Positions 10,309 to 18,422 of a stretch of DNA of 64,000 nt are shown here, piece after piece. The position numbers were made by a program, and so were the translations under genes. The DNA is from Candidatus Cloacimonadota bacterium. Lineage in GTDB: Bacteria; Cloacimonadota; Cloacimonadia; G963667145. The stretch is from contig OY762940.1 in NCBI GenBank assembly GCA_963667255.1, forward strand, positions 1,376,001-1,440,000, written 5' to 3'. A model generated the notes under the pieces. It saw only the letters and a program-made list of their open reading frames with translations. It did no database searches and was not told the DNA's origin. Every line of letters begins with the position of its first letter. The first letter of the stretch is position 1.

Positions 10309-12957
10309 CTACTTCTCCATAACTATACGGAAACCGTCGTAGTAGAGGCGGTAACTCGGATTGGTACCGCGACGGTCGACAACACGGCAATAGGGGTCGT
10401 TGACGAGCCAAAAGCCACCACGACACACGCGATACGAGCCTCTGCTTGCTCCCGTAGGGTCGCTTACTGCGGCACTGCTATAAGCTCCATACAAATCAGA
10501 GCACCATTCCCCAACATTACCACTCATATCATATATCCCCAATTCATTAGCTTTTTTTGTCCCCACCTCGTGCGTTTTGCCACCTGCATTATCCTCATAC
10601 CAAGCTATTTCACCTATACTATTGCTCCCAGAGTAAGTATAGCCTTTGCTTTTATTGCCTCCTCTGGCAACAAACTCCCACTCAGCTTCTGTAGGTAGTC
10701 TGTATTTATCTGTGCCTTCCTTTTGGTTGAGTTTGGTGATAAACTCTTGAATATCGTTCCAAGAAACTTGTTCCACAGGTAAATTATCGCCTTTCCAATT
10801 AGAAGGATTAGAACCCATCACTGCTACCCATTGCTTTTGGGTTACTTCATATTTGCCTATGTAATAATCTTTAGTAAGTGTCACTTGATGAACTGGTTTT
10901 TCGTCGCTATCCCCTGAGGTAGATCCCATCATAAAAGTGCCTGCTTCTACCAAAACAAATTCCATACCGATGGAGTTGACCATTTTAGTGCTAAAATTCC
11001 TCACAGAACTTTCAGTGATTTTACTATCTTTTTTGCCAATCACTTTCCAATAATATGTAGTTCCATAATTCAAACTGCTTAAAATGTAATTGTTAGCAGT
11101 AATGTTTGTAGCAATTTTGCTATAACTACCAAGAGAAGTTCCCAAATAGACCTCATAATATTCTGCATTGCCTGTCCAAGATAAATTAATACTCAAATCT
11201 TGATTGGTAGCACCATTGGTTGGTGAAGTTAGATTAACATCAATTTCTTCAGTTTTTGTAGTAAAACTTCTTATCTCGCTTTCTCCGCTTTTACCATCTT
11301 TTTTGCCAATCACTTTCCAATAATAAGTAGTTCCATAATTCAAACCTGTTTTAGTATAACTGTTTCCTGAAAGTCCACTAGCTATTCTGCTAAGGCTTGA
11401 CGAAGTTGTTCCCATATAAACATCATAAGTAGAGGCTGTGCCAGTCCATGTTAGAGTAACATTAGTGGATTGATTGGTAGCAGCATTGGCTGGAGAGGAA
11501 GCAAATACAGAAACACCATCTTTTGCACAAGCAAGTCTAAATCCTACACCATTTTCACTCTCTAAAGATGAAGAACCATAACGAAAATCAAAGCGACAAC
11601 TAACACTAGAATTAACAAAACAACCCCCTCTACGGACTCGAGTTGTTCCGCTATTTGGACCAGTTGGGTCTATTTGACTACCGCTGCTATAGCTATTATA
11701 CCAATCTGAACACAGTTCCCAAACATTACCACTCATATCATAAATTCCCAGTTCATTGGCATTTTTTTGTCCTACCTTATTTGTTGAACTTGTATTTTCT
11801 TTATACCAAGCAACATTTCCAATAGTGTTACTGCCTGAATAAGTATATCCTTTACTATTATTTCCACCTCGGAAAGCAAATTCCCATTCTGCTTCAGTAG
11901 GTAATTTATATTTGTTAGTTCCAAATAAAACATTTAAAAAATCAGCATAAGCTTTTGCTCCATACCAAGTAATTTCAACAGCAGGATATTTTTCCTTATA
12001 GTTTTTTACATATAAATAACCATTTGAAAGCCCTATTTGACATCCACCATCATTTAAATCTAATAATTCATTACCATTATAACTGACAGATGACGAGCTA
12101 AAACTTAACCCACTAATATTATTTCTAGCCCAATTATATACTTTCACAACCTCCTCATTAGTTACTTCATATTTTCCTATATAAAAATCATTACTAATAG
12201 TTACTGTGTGAATAGGAGAAGAATAATAAGAACTAATTGAGGAGCCCATCTGAAAAGATCCAGCTTTCACCAGAACTAAATTTAAATCAATATTTATTGA
12301 ATTCCCCTCTTTTTTCGTGGTAAAACTCCAAATATCACTTGTTTTATTTTCATCCCCTTTGGCTACGACTTTCCAATAGTAAGTTGTAAGATAGTTTAAA
12401 TTACTTTTTGTGTAACTATTACTGGTAATATTACTAGATATTCTACTCAAACTTGAGGAACTTGTCCCAAAATAAACATCATATTTTTCGGCATTCCCCG
12501 TCCAAGTTAATGTTATGCTTGTTGTTTGGTTGGTTGCCCCATTAGTGGGAGAAGATAAATTTACACTTGTCTCATTGTTCTCAGTAGTAAAATTTCTAAT
12601 AGAACTCTCGTTACTCTCACTTCCTTTTTTCCCCACCACTTTCCAATAATATTTAGTTTTATAGTCCAAATTGTATTTTGTATAACTCGTATTGGACAAA
12701 TTACTAGCTATTTTGCTGAGATTATACGAGCTATTCCCCAAATACAAATCATAAGTAGTAGCTGTTCCAGTCCATTGAAAAGTCACATTTATAGGTTGAT
12801 TAGTTGCTCCTGAAATAGGAGAGTTTAAATAAATTGCTATATTTTCATTTGTTTGCTCTTCATTGTGATCGTCATCATCACTACCGAAAATATCCTTACA
12901 CCCCAAGAATGCAAAAAGTAGTGTAGTAATTATACATAAACCAAGTATTTTTTTCAC
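10309..12957 (-). CDS. Surface lipoprotein: lipobox-FN3-FN3-FGE/CLec-FN3-FN3-FGE/CLec; putative DGR target
   Basis: Lipobox FLGC; four SPxNxATNQ...YYWKV repeats; two FGE-sulfatase domains (LPTEAEWEF, NELGIYDMSGNV, RVxRGG...GFR). Confidence 0.9.
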   Translation of the reverse strand: MKKILGLCIITTLLFAFLGCKDIFGSDDDDHNEEQTNENIAIYLNSPISGATNQPINVTFQWTGTATTYDLYLGNSSYNLSKIASNLSNTSYTKYNLDYKTKYYWKVVGKKGSESNESSIRNFTTENNETSVNLSSPTNGATNQTTSITLTWTGNAEKYDVYFGTSSSSLSRISSNITSNSYTKSNLNYLTTYYWKVVAKGDENKTSDIWSFTTKKEGNSINIDLNLVLVKAGSFQMGSSISSYYSSPIHTVTISNDFYIGKYEVTNEEVVKVYNWARNNISGLSFSSSSVSYNGNELLDLNDGGCQIGLSNGYLYVKNYKEKYPAVEITWYGAKAYADFLNVLFGTNKYKLPTEAEWEFAFRGGNNSKGYTYSGSNTIGNVAWYKENTSSTNKVGQKNANELGIYDMSGNVWELCSDWYNSYSSGSQIDPTGPNSGTTRVRRGGCFVNSSVSCRFDFRYGSSSLESENGVGFRLACAKDGVSVFASSPANAATNQSTNVTLTWTGTASTYDVYMGTTSSSLSRIASGLSGNSYTKTGLNYGTTYYWKVIGKKDGKSGESEIRSFTTKTEEIDVNLTSPTNGATNQDLSINLSWTGNAEYYEVYLGTSLGSYSKIATNITANNYILSSLNYGTTYYWKVIGKKDSKITESSVRNFSTKMVNSIGMEFVLVEAGTFMMGSTSGDSDEKPVHQVTLTKDYYIGKYEVTQKQWVAVMGSNPSNWKGDNLPVEQVSWNDIQEFITKLNQKEGTDKYRLPTEAEWEFVARGGNKSKGYTYSGSNSIGEIAWYEDNAGGKTHEVGTKKANELGIYDMSGNVGEWCSDLYGAYSSAAVSDPTGASRGSYRVCRGGFWLVNDPYCRVVDRRGTNPSYRLYYDGFRIVMEK
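10327..10440 (-). other. Putative DGR variable repeat (VR)
   Basis: 38 consecutive codons with no A in third position, 67/114 GC by hand count in an AT-rich gene, at the C-terminal RVxRGG...GFR segment of the CLec domain. Confidence 0.75.
11021..11345. repeat. 55-bp direct repeat (11021-11075 / 11291-11345) in FN3-like units 3 and 4
   Basis: Two copies 270 bp apart with 2 mismatches. Confidence 0.85.
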
Positions 12958-14711
12958 CTTCCCTCCTCTTTTGAATTAATTTGTTTTTTGTCTTTGCAGT
13001 CTATTGTATTAGCCTCAATGATGCTACTACTGGATACTTGAGTAGGTATAGAGGTAGAATAAGAATTTATGCCACTAATCACTCCCGTAGTTCCATCAAT
13101 AGAAAATACATGCCAATAGTATTTACTGGAAGCAGTTCCTGAAGGAGCAGTAAAGGTTTTTAGCAAGGCATTATCTCCATACACTTTTACACAAGCACCA
13201 GAATATGGCAAGGAACTACTGCCAGCGTAGTGATGAACAGAAAAATAATATTTACCTTCAACCATTTTGTAAATAGTTATAGTCTCTGGACCGTAGGAAG
13301 AAATATCATCAACATCCAAACTATTATAAGGGACTGTAGAACTATTACTACTCGAATATTTACTACGATAGTAAGTATGATAAATAGTTCCATTAATTCT
13401 TGGTGTCCAAAGATGAGCATCCAAATCACTTGGATTTTGACCCCAAGATAAAACAATCCTAATTTCCTTTAAACTACTAGTTGTACCACCAACAGAAGAA
13501 AATTCAATATTATAGACAGAAAGAGAATTATTCTTTACTTTTTTTAACACTTTCACATAATAATATCCTGGCGTAGAACCAGAATTAAAAGTGATTTTCT
13601 CACTATCCGAACTAGTCGAATTAGATCTTTGTAACAGCATTCCAGATGGAGAATACAATTCTAAGTCTAAATCTCCATTACTATTTTTAAAATCAATTTT
13701 TACAGATATTTCATTATTGGCATTGGCATAAGTTTTAAAATAATCAACATCATCATCAAAAATAATAAGTGAATTTTCTTTGTTTCTCGATAATTCTGTA
13801 GCTTTTCCCATTGAATTATTAGGTTCATATGGATCACATGCTGACGAAGGAACAACTTTAAAAATGGTTAGAGCTCTTTTTATGCGAGTATTAGCTTCTT
13901 TCACATAAAAATAGCCATCCAAATCTATATTACTCAAATTCTCTTTTTCTATTATTTTTGAAATCAAATTATTAATATATTCTTCGCTTACCATTGTTCC
14001 AATACCAATAATAGCACTTGATACTGACGGAGTAAGAGTGGCAACACTTATTGCAATACTTGTTCCAGATACTAAATTGGCTAATTTAAGTTTAACAAGC
14101 TCAGTAAATTCAGCCAAATTAAGCCTATACCAAGTATAACTTTCTGATACATTAGCTTCATTTCCCATCTCCAACTTTGCCATTTTATACTGATTAAAGG
14201 CAATATCTATTTGTGACTTAGCTATCATAACAACACTAAAAAGAGCAATTGTTGTTCCTAATATGAAAATCTCTCGGGGAGCATTAATAGAACTTGCATT
14301 TATGTTTCTATTCCCCAAAATGGAAGAATTAGCCTCAACAACTGGATCCCCCATATAAATATAAGGTGCATAAGTATCTGTTTCATCATATACCATAATC
14401 ATAGTTCTTCCATTTTTTGCGACTGCAGAAACCTCAATATTTTGCAGTTTTTCGCCAGATGCATTAGTAACCGTTACCTTTACTGGCTTACTTAATTCTG
14501 AAGAAGTAAATTGATAACTTCCCAACTCATCTGTTTTACCTTGAAAAGATTGTACTCCTTCTTGAGTAAAAGTCCCAGATGTTCCACTACTTCCGCCAGT
14601 TCCATCAGTACCACTTCCTGCATCATTCCCTACAGGACTAACACTCTTCTCACCACAAGCCATAAGCAATACCACTAAAATTAACAAAACTAAATTCAAA
14701 CCCTTTTTCAT
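12954..14711 (-). CDS. Lipoprotein with PPC-like and YfaP/DUF2135-like domains
   Basis: ATG 14711 after AGGAG; lipobox LMAC; DPYEPNNS...DVDYF (PPC-like); LSWGQNPSDLDAH...LDVDDISSYGPETI (YfaP-like); stop overlaps next GTG. Confidence 0.8.
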   Translation of the reverse strand: MKKGLNLVLLILVVLLMACGEKSVSPVGNDAGSGTDGTGGSSGTSGTFTQEGVQSFQGKTDELGSYQFTSSELSKPVKVTVTNASGEKLQNIEVSAVAKNGRTMIMVYDETDTYAPYIYMGDPVVEANSSILGNRNINASSINAPREIFILGTTIALFSVVMIAKSQIDIAFNQYKMAKLEMGNEANVSESYTWYRLNLAEFTELVKLKLANLVSGTSIAISVATLTPSVSSAIIGIGTMVSEEYINNLISKIIEKENLSNIDLDGYFYVKEANTRIKRALTIFKVVPSSACDPYEPNNSMGKATELSRNKENSLIIFDDDVDYFKTYANANNEISVKIDFKNSNGDLDLELYSPSGMLLQRSNSTSSDSEKITFNSGSTPGYYYVKVLKKVKNNSLSVYNIEFSSVGGTTSSLKEIRIVLSWGQNPSDLDAHLWTPRINGTIYHTYYRSKYSSSNSSTVPYNSLDVDDISSYGPETITIYKMVEGKYYFSVHHYAGSSSLPYSGACVKVYGDNALLKTFTAPSGTASSKYYWHVFSIDGTTGVISGINSYSTSIPTQVSSSSIIEANTIDCKDKKQINSKEEGR

Positions 14712-14735
14712 TCTTTTATCTCCTATTTTAAACAC

Positions 14736-14773
14736 AAAAAAAGAGACAGCTCGGTAAAACCGAACTATCTCTT
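14736..14773 (-). terminator. Leader intrinsic terminator (attenuator) of the lipoprotein operon
   Basis: AAGAGATAGTTCGGT-TTT-ACCGAGCTGTCTCTT, 15-bp stem with two G-U pairs, ending in T7, just upstream of the RBS. Confidence 0.85.
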
Positions 14774-14798
14774 AAACTATATAAATTTAGTTGACCTG

Positions 14799-14909
14799 CT
14801 AAGCCACCAGTCCCTTGACTGACCAACTGACCAACTGACCAACTGACCAACTGACCAACTGACCAACTGACCAACTGACCAACTGACCAACTGATTTTTT
14901 TATTTTCAT
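14799..14909 (-). CDS. Putative leader peptide MKIKK(SVGQLVSW)3SVKGLVA
   Basis: ATG at 14909, 30 nt downstream of TTGACA; reads through the octamer repeat to TAG 14799-14801; no SD (possibly leaderless). Confidence 0.55.
   Translation of the reverse strand: MKIKKSVGQLVSWSVGQLVSWSVGQLVSWSVKGLVA
14818..14894. repeat. Simple sequence repeat (ACTGACCA)9 + ACTGA
   Basis: 77 bp perfect octamer array. Confidence 0.97.
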
Positions 14910-14938
14910 AACGACAGGAGTTAAAAATTTTTTAAATA

Positions 14939-14944
14939 TGTCAA
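14939..14944 (-). promoter_or_regulatory. Sigma70-type -35 box of the lipoprotein operon
   Basis: Perfect TTGACA; no canonical -10. Confidence 0.5.
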
Positions 14945-15340
14945 CCCAGAATTGCGAAAAATTTACAATGTTGTATCAACACTGTGTTTGGGCTTCCTGC
15001 TACTCTCTCCTCATCCTCATGCCCGTTGTCTATCAAGCACAACGCCTATCTAATTGCTTTACCACTCTTGTGCTTGGGAAATGGGGATTTATTCTTGTTT
15101 TCGTTCTTACCTGTCCTTTTTTTGCCGTAATCTGACCACATAAATTAAGTCTCAAATGATTAGCCGTATTTATGTGTTCAGATGCTATCGTTATGCCAAA
15201 AGATAGACCTACCTCACCAAGCAACTGCTTGACTCCTCTGCAAAAAAACAATCTCGCTATTTGATTAACTACTGCTCATTTATTTATTTATTGTATGCAT
15301 TGGGATAAAGCGTGGCGGTATCTTCTTGCTCCTGCTCTCC

Positions 15341-15447
15341 CTCATCCTCACACAAGTGGGGATCCATTCTTCCTTATCTTCTCAAAAGAAGCAGGTGCTG
15401 ATGTCCCAACCAGTCTCACCGTAGATTCCCGCGTTCGCGAGAATGAG
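15341..15447. repeat. Degenerate REP/dRS3-like inverted pair, copy 1
   Basis: CTCATCCTCACACAAGTGGGGATCCA ... TAGATTCCCGCGTTCGCGAGAATGAG resembles TCATTCCCGCG-N-GCGGGAATCCA elements. Confidence 0.65.
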
Positions 15448-15450
15448 AGG

Positions 15451-15530
15451 GCGGTGATGTGGAAATGAGTGCGGTGGTGCGAGAACAAGAGTGGTGATGC
15501 GAGAATGTAGGTGGTGATGCGGAATAAGGA
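15451..15530. repeat. Four imperfect 20-bp tandem repeats (GYGGTGATGCGRGAAT...)
   Basis: 20-bp periodicity, each unit carrying a REP half-site-like core. Confidence 0.7.
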
Positions 15531-15796
15531 GGATACCAAACCCAAAGCGTGTTTCGTATGGGGTTAGTTGGCAACAAATCCATAAGTCGAGGCTCGTAAA
15601 AATAGAAAACGACTGATGTCAATTATTGTGCGATGCCTGTAGTCTCTTCCTTAATTGCTAATCGGACATTACAGGTTGAGCATACAATAATGACGAGGGA
15701 GTTGAATATTTTAGAGGCGAGGCTTCGGATTTTGAGTTTTTTCTTTGGCGTTACTCTTTCTTTTTTTATCACGAAAAAAAGAAAGGTAACATAAAA

Positions 15797-16522
15797 TCAA
15801 TTAGACCTCTTCTCTCTCAAAGAAAAAATCTTCCTAATCTGCCTCTCATCCAAAAACTTCCACATCCCCATAGGCAAAGAACCGAGCTGCAAACCGCCAA
15901 TCTGCAATCTAGTCAGCTTCGTCACATTCAAACCGACACTGGAAATCATCCTACGAATTTGTCGCTTCCGACCTTCTTGGATGATTATTTTTAGGACACT
16001 ACCGCCATTAGTAGCCTTATTGATAAAAACCTTGGCAGGAAAAGTCTTGATGCCATCTATCTCCACACCAGCACGCAAAGTGCTCGCCATCTCATTGCTG
16101 AAATAACCGTCAACCTCAACCTTATAAACCTTCTCCAATTTATAACTGGGATGAATGACTTTGTTGGCAAAATCGCCGTCACTCGTGAGGAGCAAAAGTC
16201 CTTGAGACATAAAATCAAGTCGCCCCACAGCAAACAGATGAACACCGAAATCAGGCACCAAGTCGTAAACCAGTTTCCGCCCAAATTCATCGCTATGCGA
16301 CACCAAATATCCGGGAGGCTTATTAATCATCAGATAGATTTTCTCGTCTTTGTATTCGGCAACTTTCCCGTCAACTTCGACCTTATCTTCTTTCGGATCA
16401 ATCCGCCAATTGAACTCCTTGCAATCTTCGCCATTGACCTTCACCTTGCCGTCCAAAATCAACGACTCGACACTTCGTCTAGAGCCAAACCCGCAAAAAG
16501 CCAAAAATTTGTTTATTCTCAA
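15797..16522 (-). CDS. rluB: rRNA pseudouridine synthase (RluB/RsuA family)
   Basis: S4 domain, NKPPG, VGRLD, EGRKRQIRRM. Confidence 0.88.
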   Translation of the reverse strand: MRINKFLAFCGFGSRRSVESLILDGKVKVNGEDCKEFNWRIDPKEDKVEVDGKVAEYKDEKIYLMINKPPGYLVSHSDEFGRKLVYDLVPDFGVHLFAVGRLDFMSQGLLLLTSDGDFANKVIHPSYKLEKVYKVEVDGYFSNEMASTLRAGVEIDGIKTFPAKVFINKATNGGSVLKIIIQEGRKRQIRRMISSVGLNVTKLTRLQIGGLQLGSLPMGMWKFLDERQIRKIFSLREKRSN

Positions 16523-16532
16523 GTGTTACCTA

Positions 16533-17075
16533 TTACCAAGACTCGAAAGTAGAGTTGTTAATCTCATCGAACAACTCTTTAAAAATCTTGGGCTTAATAA
16601 TCTGCTCATACTTATCGCGATTATTGTTTTGAGCTTTAGTGATAGTAACATCCACATTTATATCGGTCTTATCGCTAATAGCATAAGTGATATTGTAAGA
16701 TTTACTACTTACAGAATAAAGAGTCTTGTTCTTCACCAAGTCGTAAAAAGTGACCTTGAAACTCATCATAATGTGATAACTCTCTATATTATCGTCAGAA
16801 TCGTATTTGTAAACTTCGTCCGTATAAGTCAAAATTTCGCCTTTCAATATACAATCCGCATTTTTTGTCTGTGTCTTCAAATCACTGTTGGAATTGAATT
16901 GCGTAGAAAAGTAGGTCAGCAAATCCTCGTCCAGCCAATCTTCGTCCGTAGAGTTAGCAAAAGTCTGAACCGTAATCGTGTTAAGATGCGACAAACTCCG
17001 ACCACTGACACTGTATGCACAACCGAAAATCACAAAAGGCAAAAACAGAAATAAAATCTTTTTAATTTTTTTCAA
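16533..17075 (-). CDS. LptE-family LPS assembly lipoprotein
   Basis: Lipobox FGC-AYS; TITVQTFANST...ADCILKGEI pattern. Confidence 0.6.
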   Translation of the reverse strand: MKKIKKILFLFLPFVIFGCAYSVSGRSLSHLNTITVQTFANSTDEDWLDEDLLTYFSTQFNSNSDLKTQTKNADCILKGEILTYTDEVYKYDSDDNIESYHIMMSFKVTFYDLVKNKTLYSVSSKSYNITYAISDKTDINVDVTITKAQNNNRDKYEQIIKPKIFKELFDEINNSTFESW

Positions 17076-17096
17076 AATATCTCCAAAAACAACTCG

Positions 17097-18245
17097 CTAA
17101 AAAAAATCTTTTACTTTATCCAAAAAAGATTTCTTGGGGCTTAGCTCTCGCTTTTCATCAAATTTGGCAAGTTTTTCATACAGTTTTTTCTCATCCTTGT
17201 CCAATTTTGTCGGTATCTTCACGGACAATTTTACAAATAAATCTCCCTTGTAATCACGATTTACCACAGGCAAACCTTGCCCTTTGACCCGCAAAATCTT
17301 TCCCGTTTCAGTGCCCTCTTTGACATTCAATTTGAGCTTACCACCGTAGATGGAGTCTATCATCAAACTCCCACCCAAGACGGCTGTCGAAACATTGATA
17401 GGGAAATCAACATAAAGATTCTCCCCATCTCTAACGAACAAATCGTGCTCTTTCTCAGAAATAACGACAATCAAATCTCCGCTTTGTCCGCCATTGTGAC
17501 CAGCATTTCCTTGTCCGTCCAACCGCAAATATTGCCCCTCTTCGACACCAGCGGGGATTTTGACCAAAACAGTTTTTTGCTCATCCACTCTTCCTGTCCC
17601 TAAGCAATTGGGGCAAGGATTTTCGATTTTTTGACCAGTGCCACCACAACTCGGGCAATCAACTATGGTCTGCATTCTCCCGAAAATAGAGTTCTGCACT
17701 TGTCGCACCTGACCAGTGCCACCGCATTGTGAGCAAGTAGCTTTCTTGCCGTCTTTGGCACCACTGCCACCACATTTGGGACAAGCAACTTTGACTTTGA
17801 TTTTTATCTTCTTTTCGCACCCCTCGGCAATCTCTTTGAGTGTCAGGTGCACTCCAACTTTCAAATCTTCGCCTCTGTTGCTTCTGCGACCTGAGCGACG
17901 ACCTCCACCAAAAATATTCCCGAAAAACGAAGAAAATCCCTCAGAACCGAAAATATCCGAAAAATCTCCCGAATGCGAAAAGTCTGACCAACGAAATCCA
18001 CCTTGATGCCCAAAAGCTCCGTCCATTCCTGCATGACCAAACTGGTCATAACGAGACTTTTTGTCGTTATCCGACAACACCTCATACGCTTCCGAAGCCT
18101 CTTTGAATTTCTCTTCAGCCTCTTTGTCGCCCTGATTTTTATCGGGATGATACTTCATCGCCAATTTGCGATAAGCTTTCTTTATATCCGCAGCACTGGC
18201 ACTTTTATCAATGCCCAGCACCTCATAATAATCTCTCTTTGCCAT
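17097..18245 (-). CDS. dnaJ: Chaperone DnaJ
   Basis: HPD J-domain, G/F region, four CxxCxGxG. Confidence 0.98.
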   Translation of the reverse strand: MAKRDYYEVLGIDKSASAADIKKAYRKLAMKYHPDKNQGDKEAEEKFKEASEAYEVLSDNDKKSRYDQFGHAGMDGAFGHQGGFRWSDFSHSGDFSDIFGSEGFSSFFGNIFGGGRRSGRRSNRGEDLKVGVHLTLKEIAEGCEKKIKIKVKVACPKCGGSGAKDGKKATCSQCGGTGQVRQVQNSIFGRMQTIVDCPSCGGTGQKIENPCPNCLGTGRVDEQKTVLVKIPAGVEEGQYLRLDGQGNAGHNGGQSGDLIVVISEKEHDLFVRDGENLYVDFPINVSTAVLGGSLMIDSIYGGKLKLNVKEGTETGKILRVKGQGLPVVNRDYKGDLFVKLSVKIPTKLDKDEKKLYEKLAKFDEKRELSPKKSFLDKVKDFF

Positions 18246-18364
18246 AATCTATATTTGTCTCCAAAATTTTAATAATCTCTTTCGCTTCTTCAATTTTTAT
18301 TTGGCTCAATCTGTTTTCATTCATGTCACATTAAACCAAGTAAAAATTGACCTTTTGCCAAATC

Positions 18365-18394
18365 AGAAGGCGAAGAATAATTTCCTCGCCTTCT
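18365..18394 (-). terminator. Hairpin downstream of dnaK (weak terminator or stabiliser)
   Basis: AGAAGGCGAGGAA/TTCTTCGCCTTCT stem, poor U-tract. Confidence 0.5.
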
Positions 18395-18422
18395 TCACAA
18401 CACATTTTAAATAAATATCACA

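Noticed and set aside
10138..10698. 186-aa plus-strand ORF over the VR
   Set aside because: Antisense shadow, helped by the absence of TTA/CTA/TCA codons in the VR; no RBS or domain.
14823..14894. Trp attenuation via three TGG codons in the SSR leader
   Set aside because: Trp codons are a by-product of the octamer, appear in every frame, are not tandem, and downstream genes are unrelated to Trp.
14818..15530. Possible CRISPR array (octamer and 20-bp repeats)
   Set aside because: No unique spacers, units too short, no cas genes.
14950..15790. Possible DGR template repeat or small genes (65-72 aa ORFs)
   Set aside because: No AAC-rich copy of the VR on either strand; ORFs lack RBS and protein-like composition.
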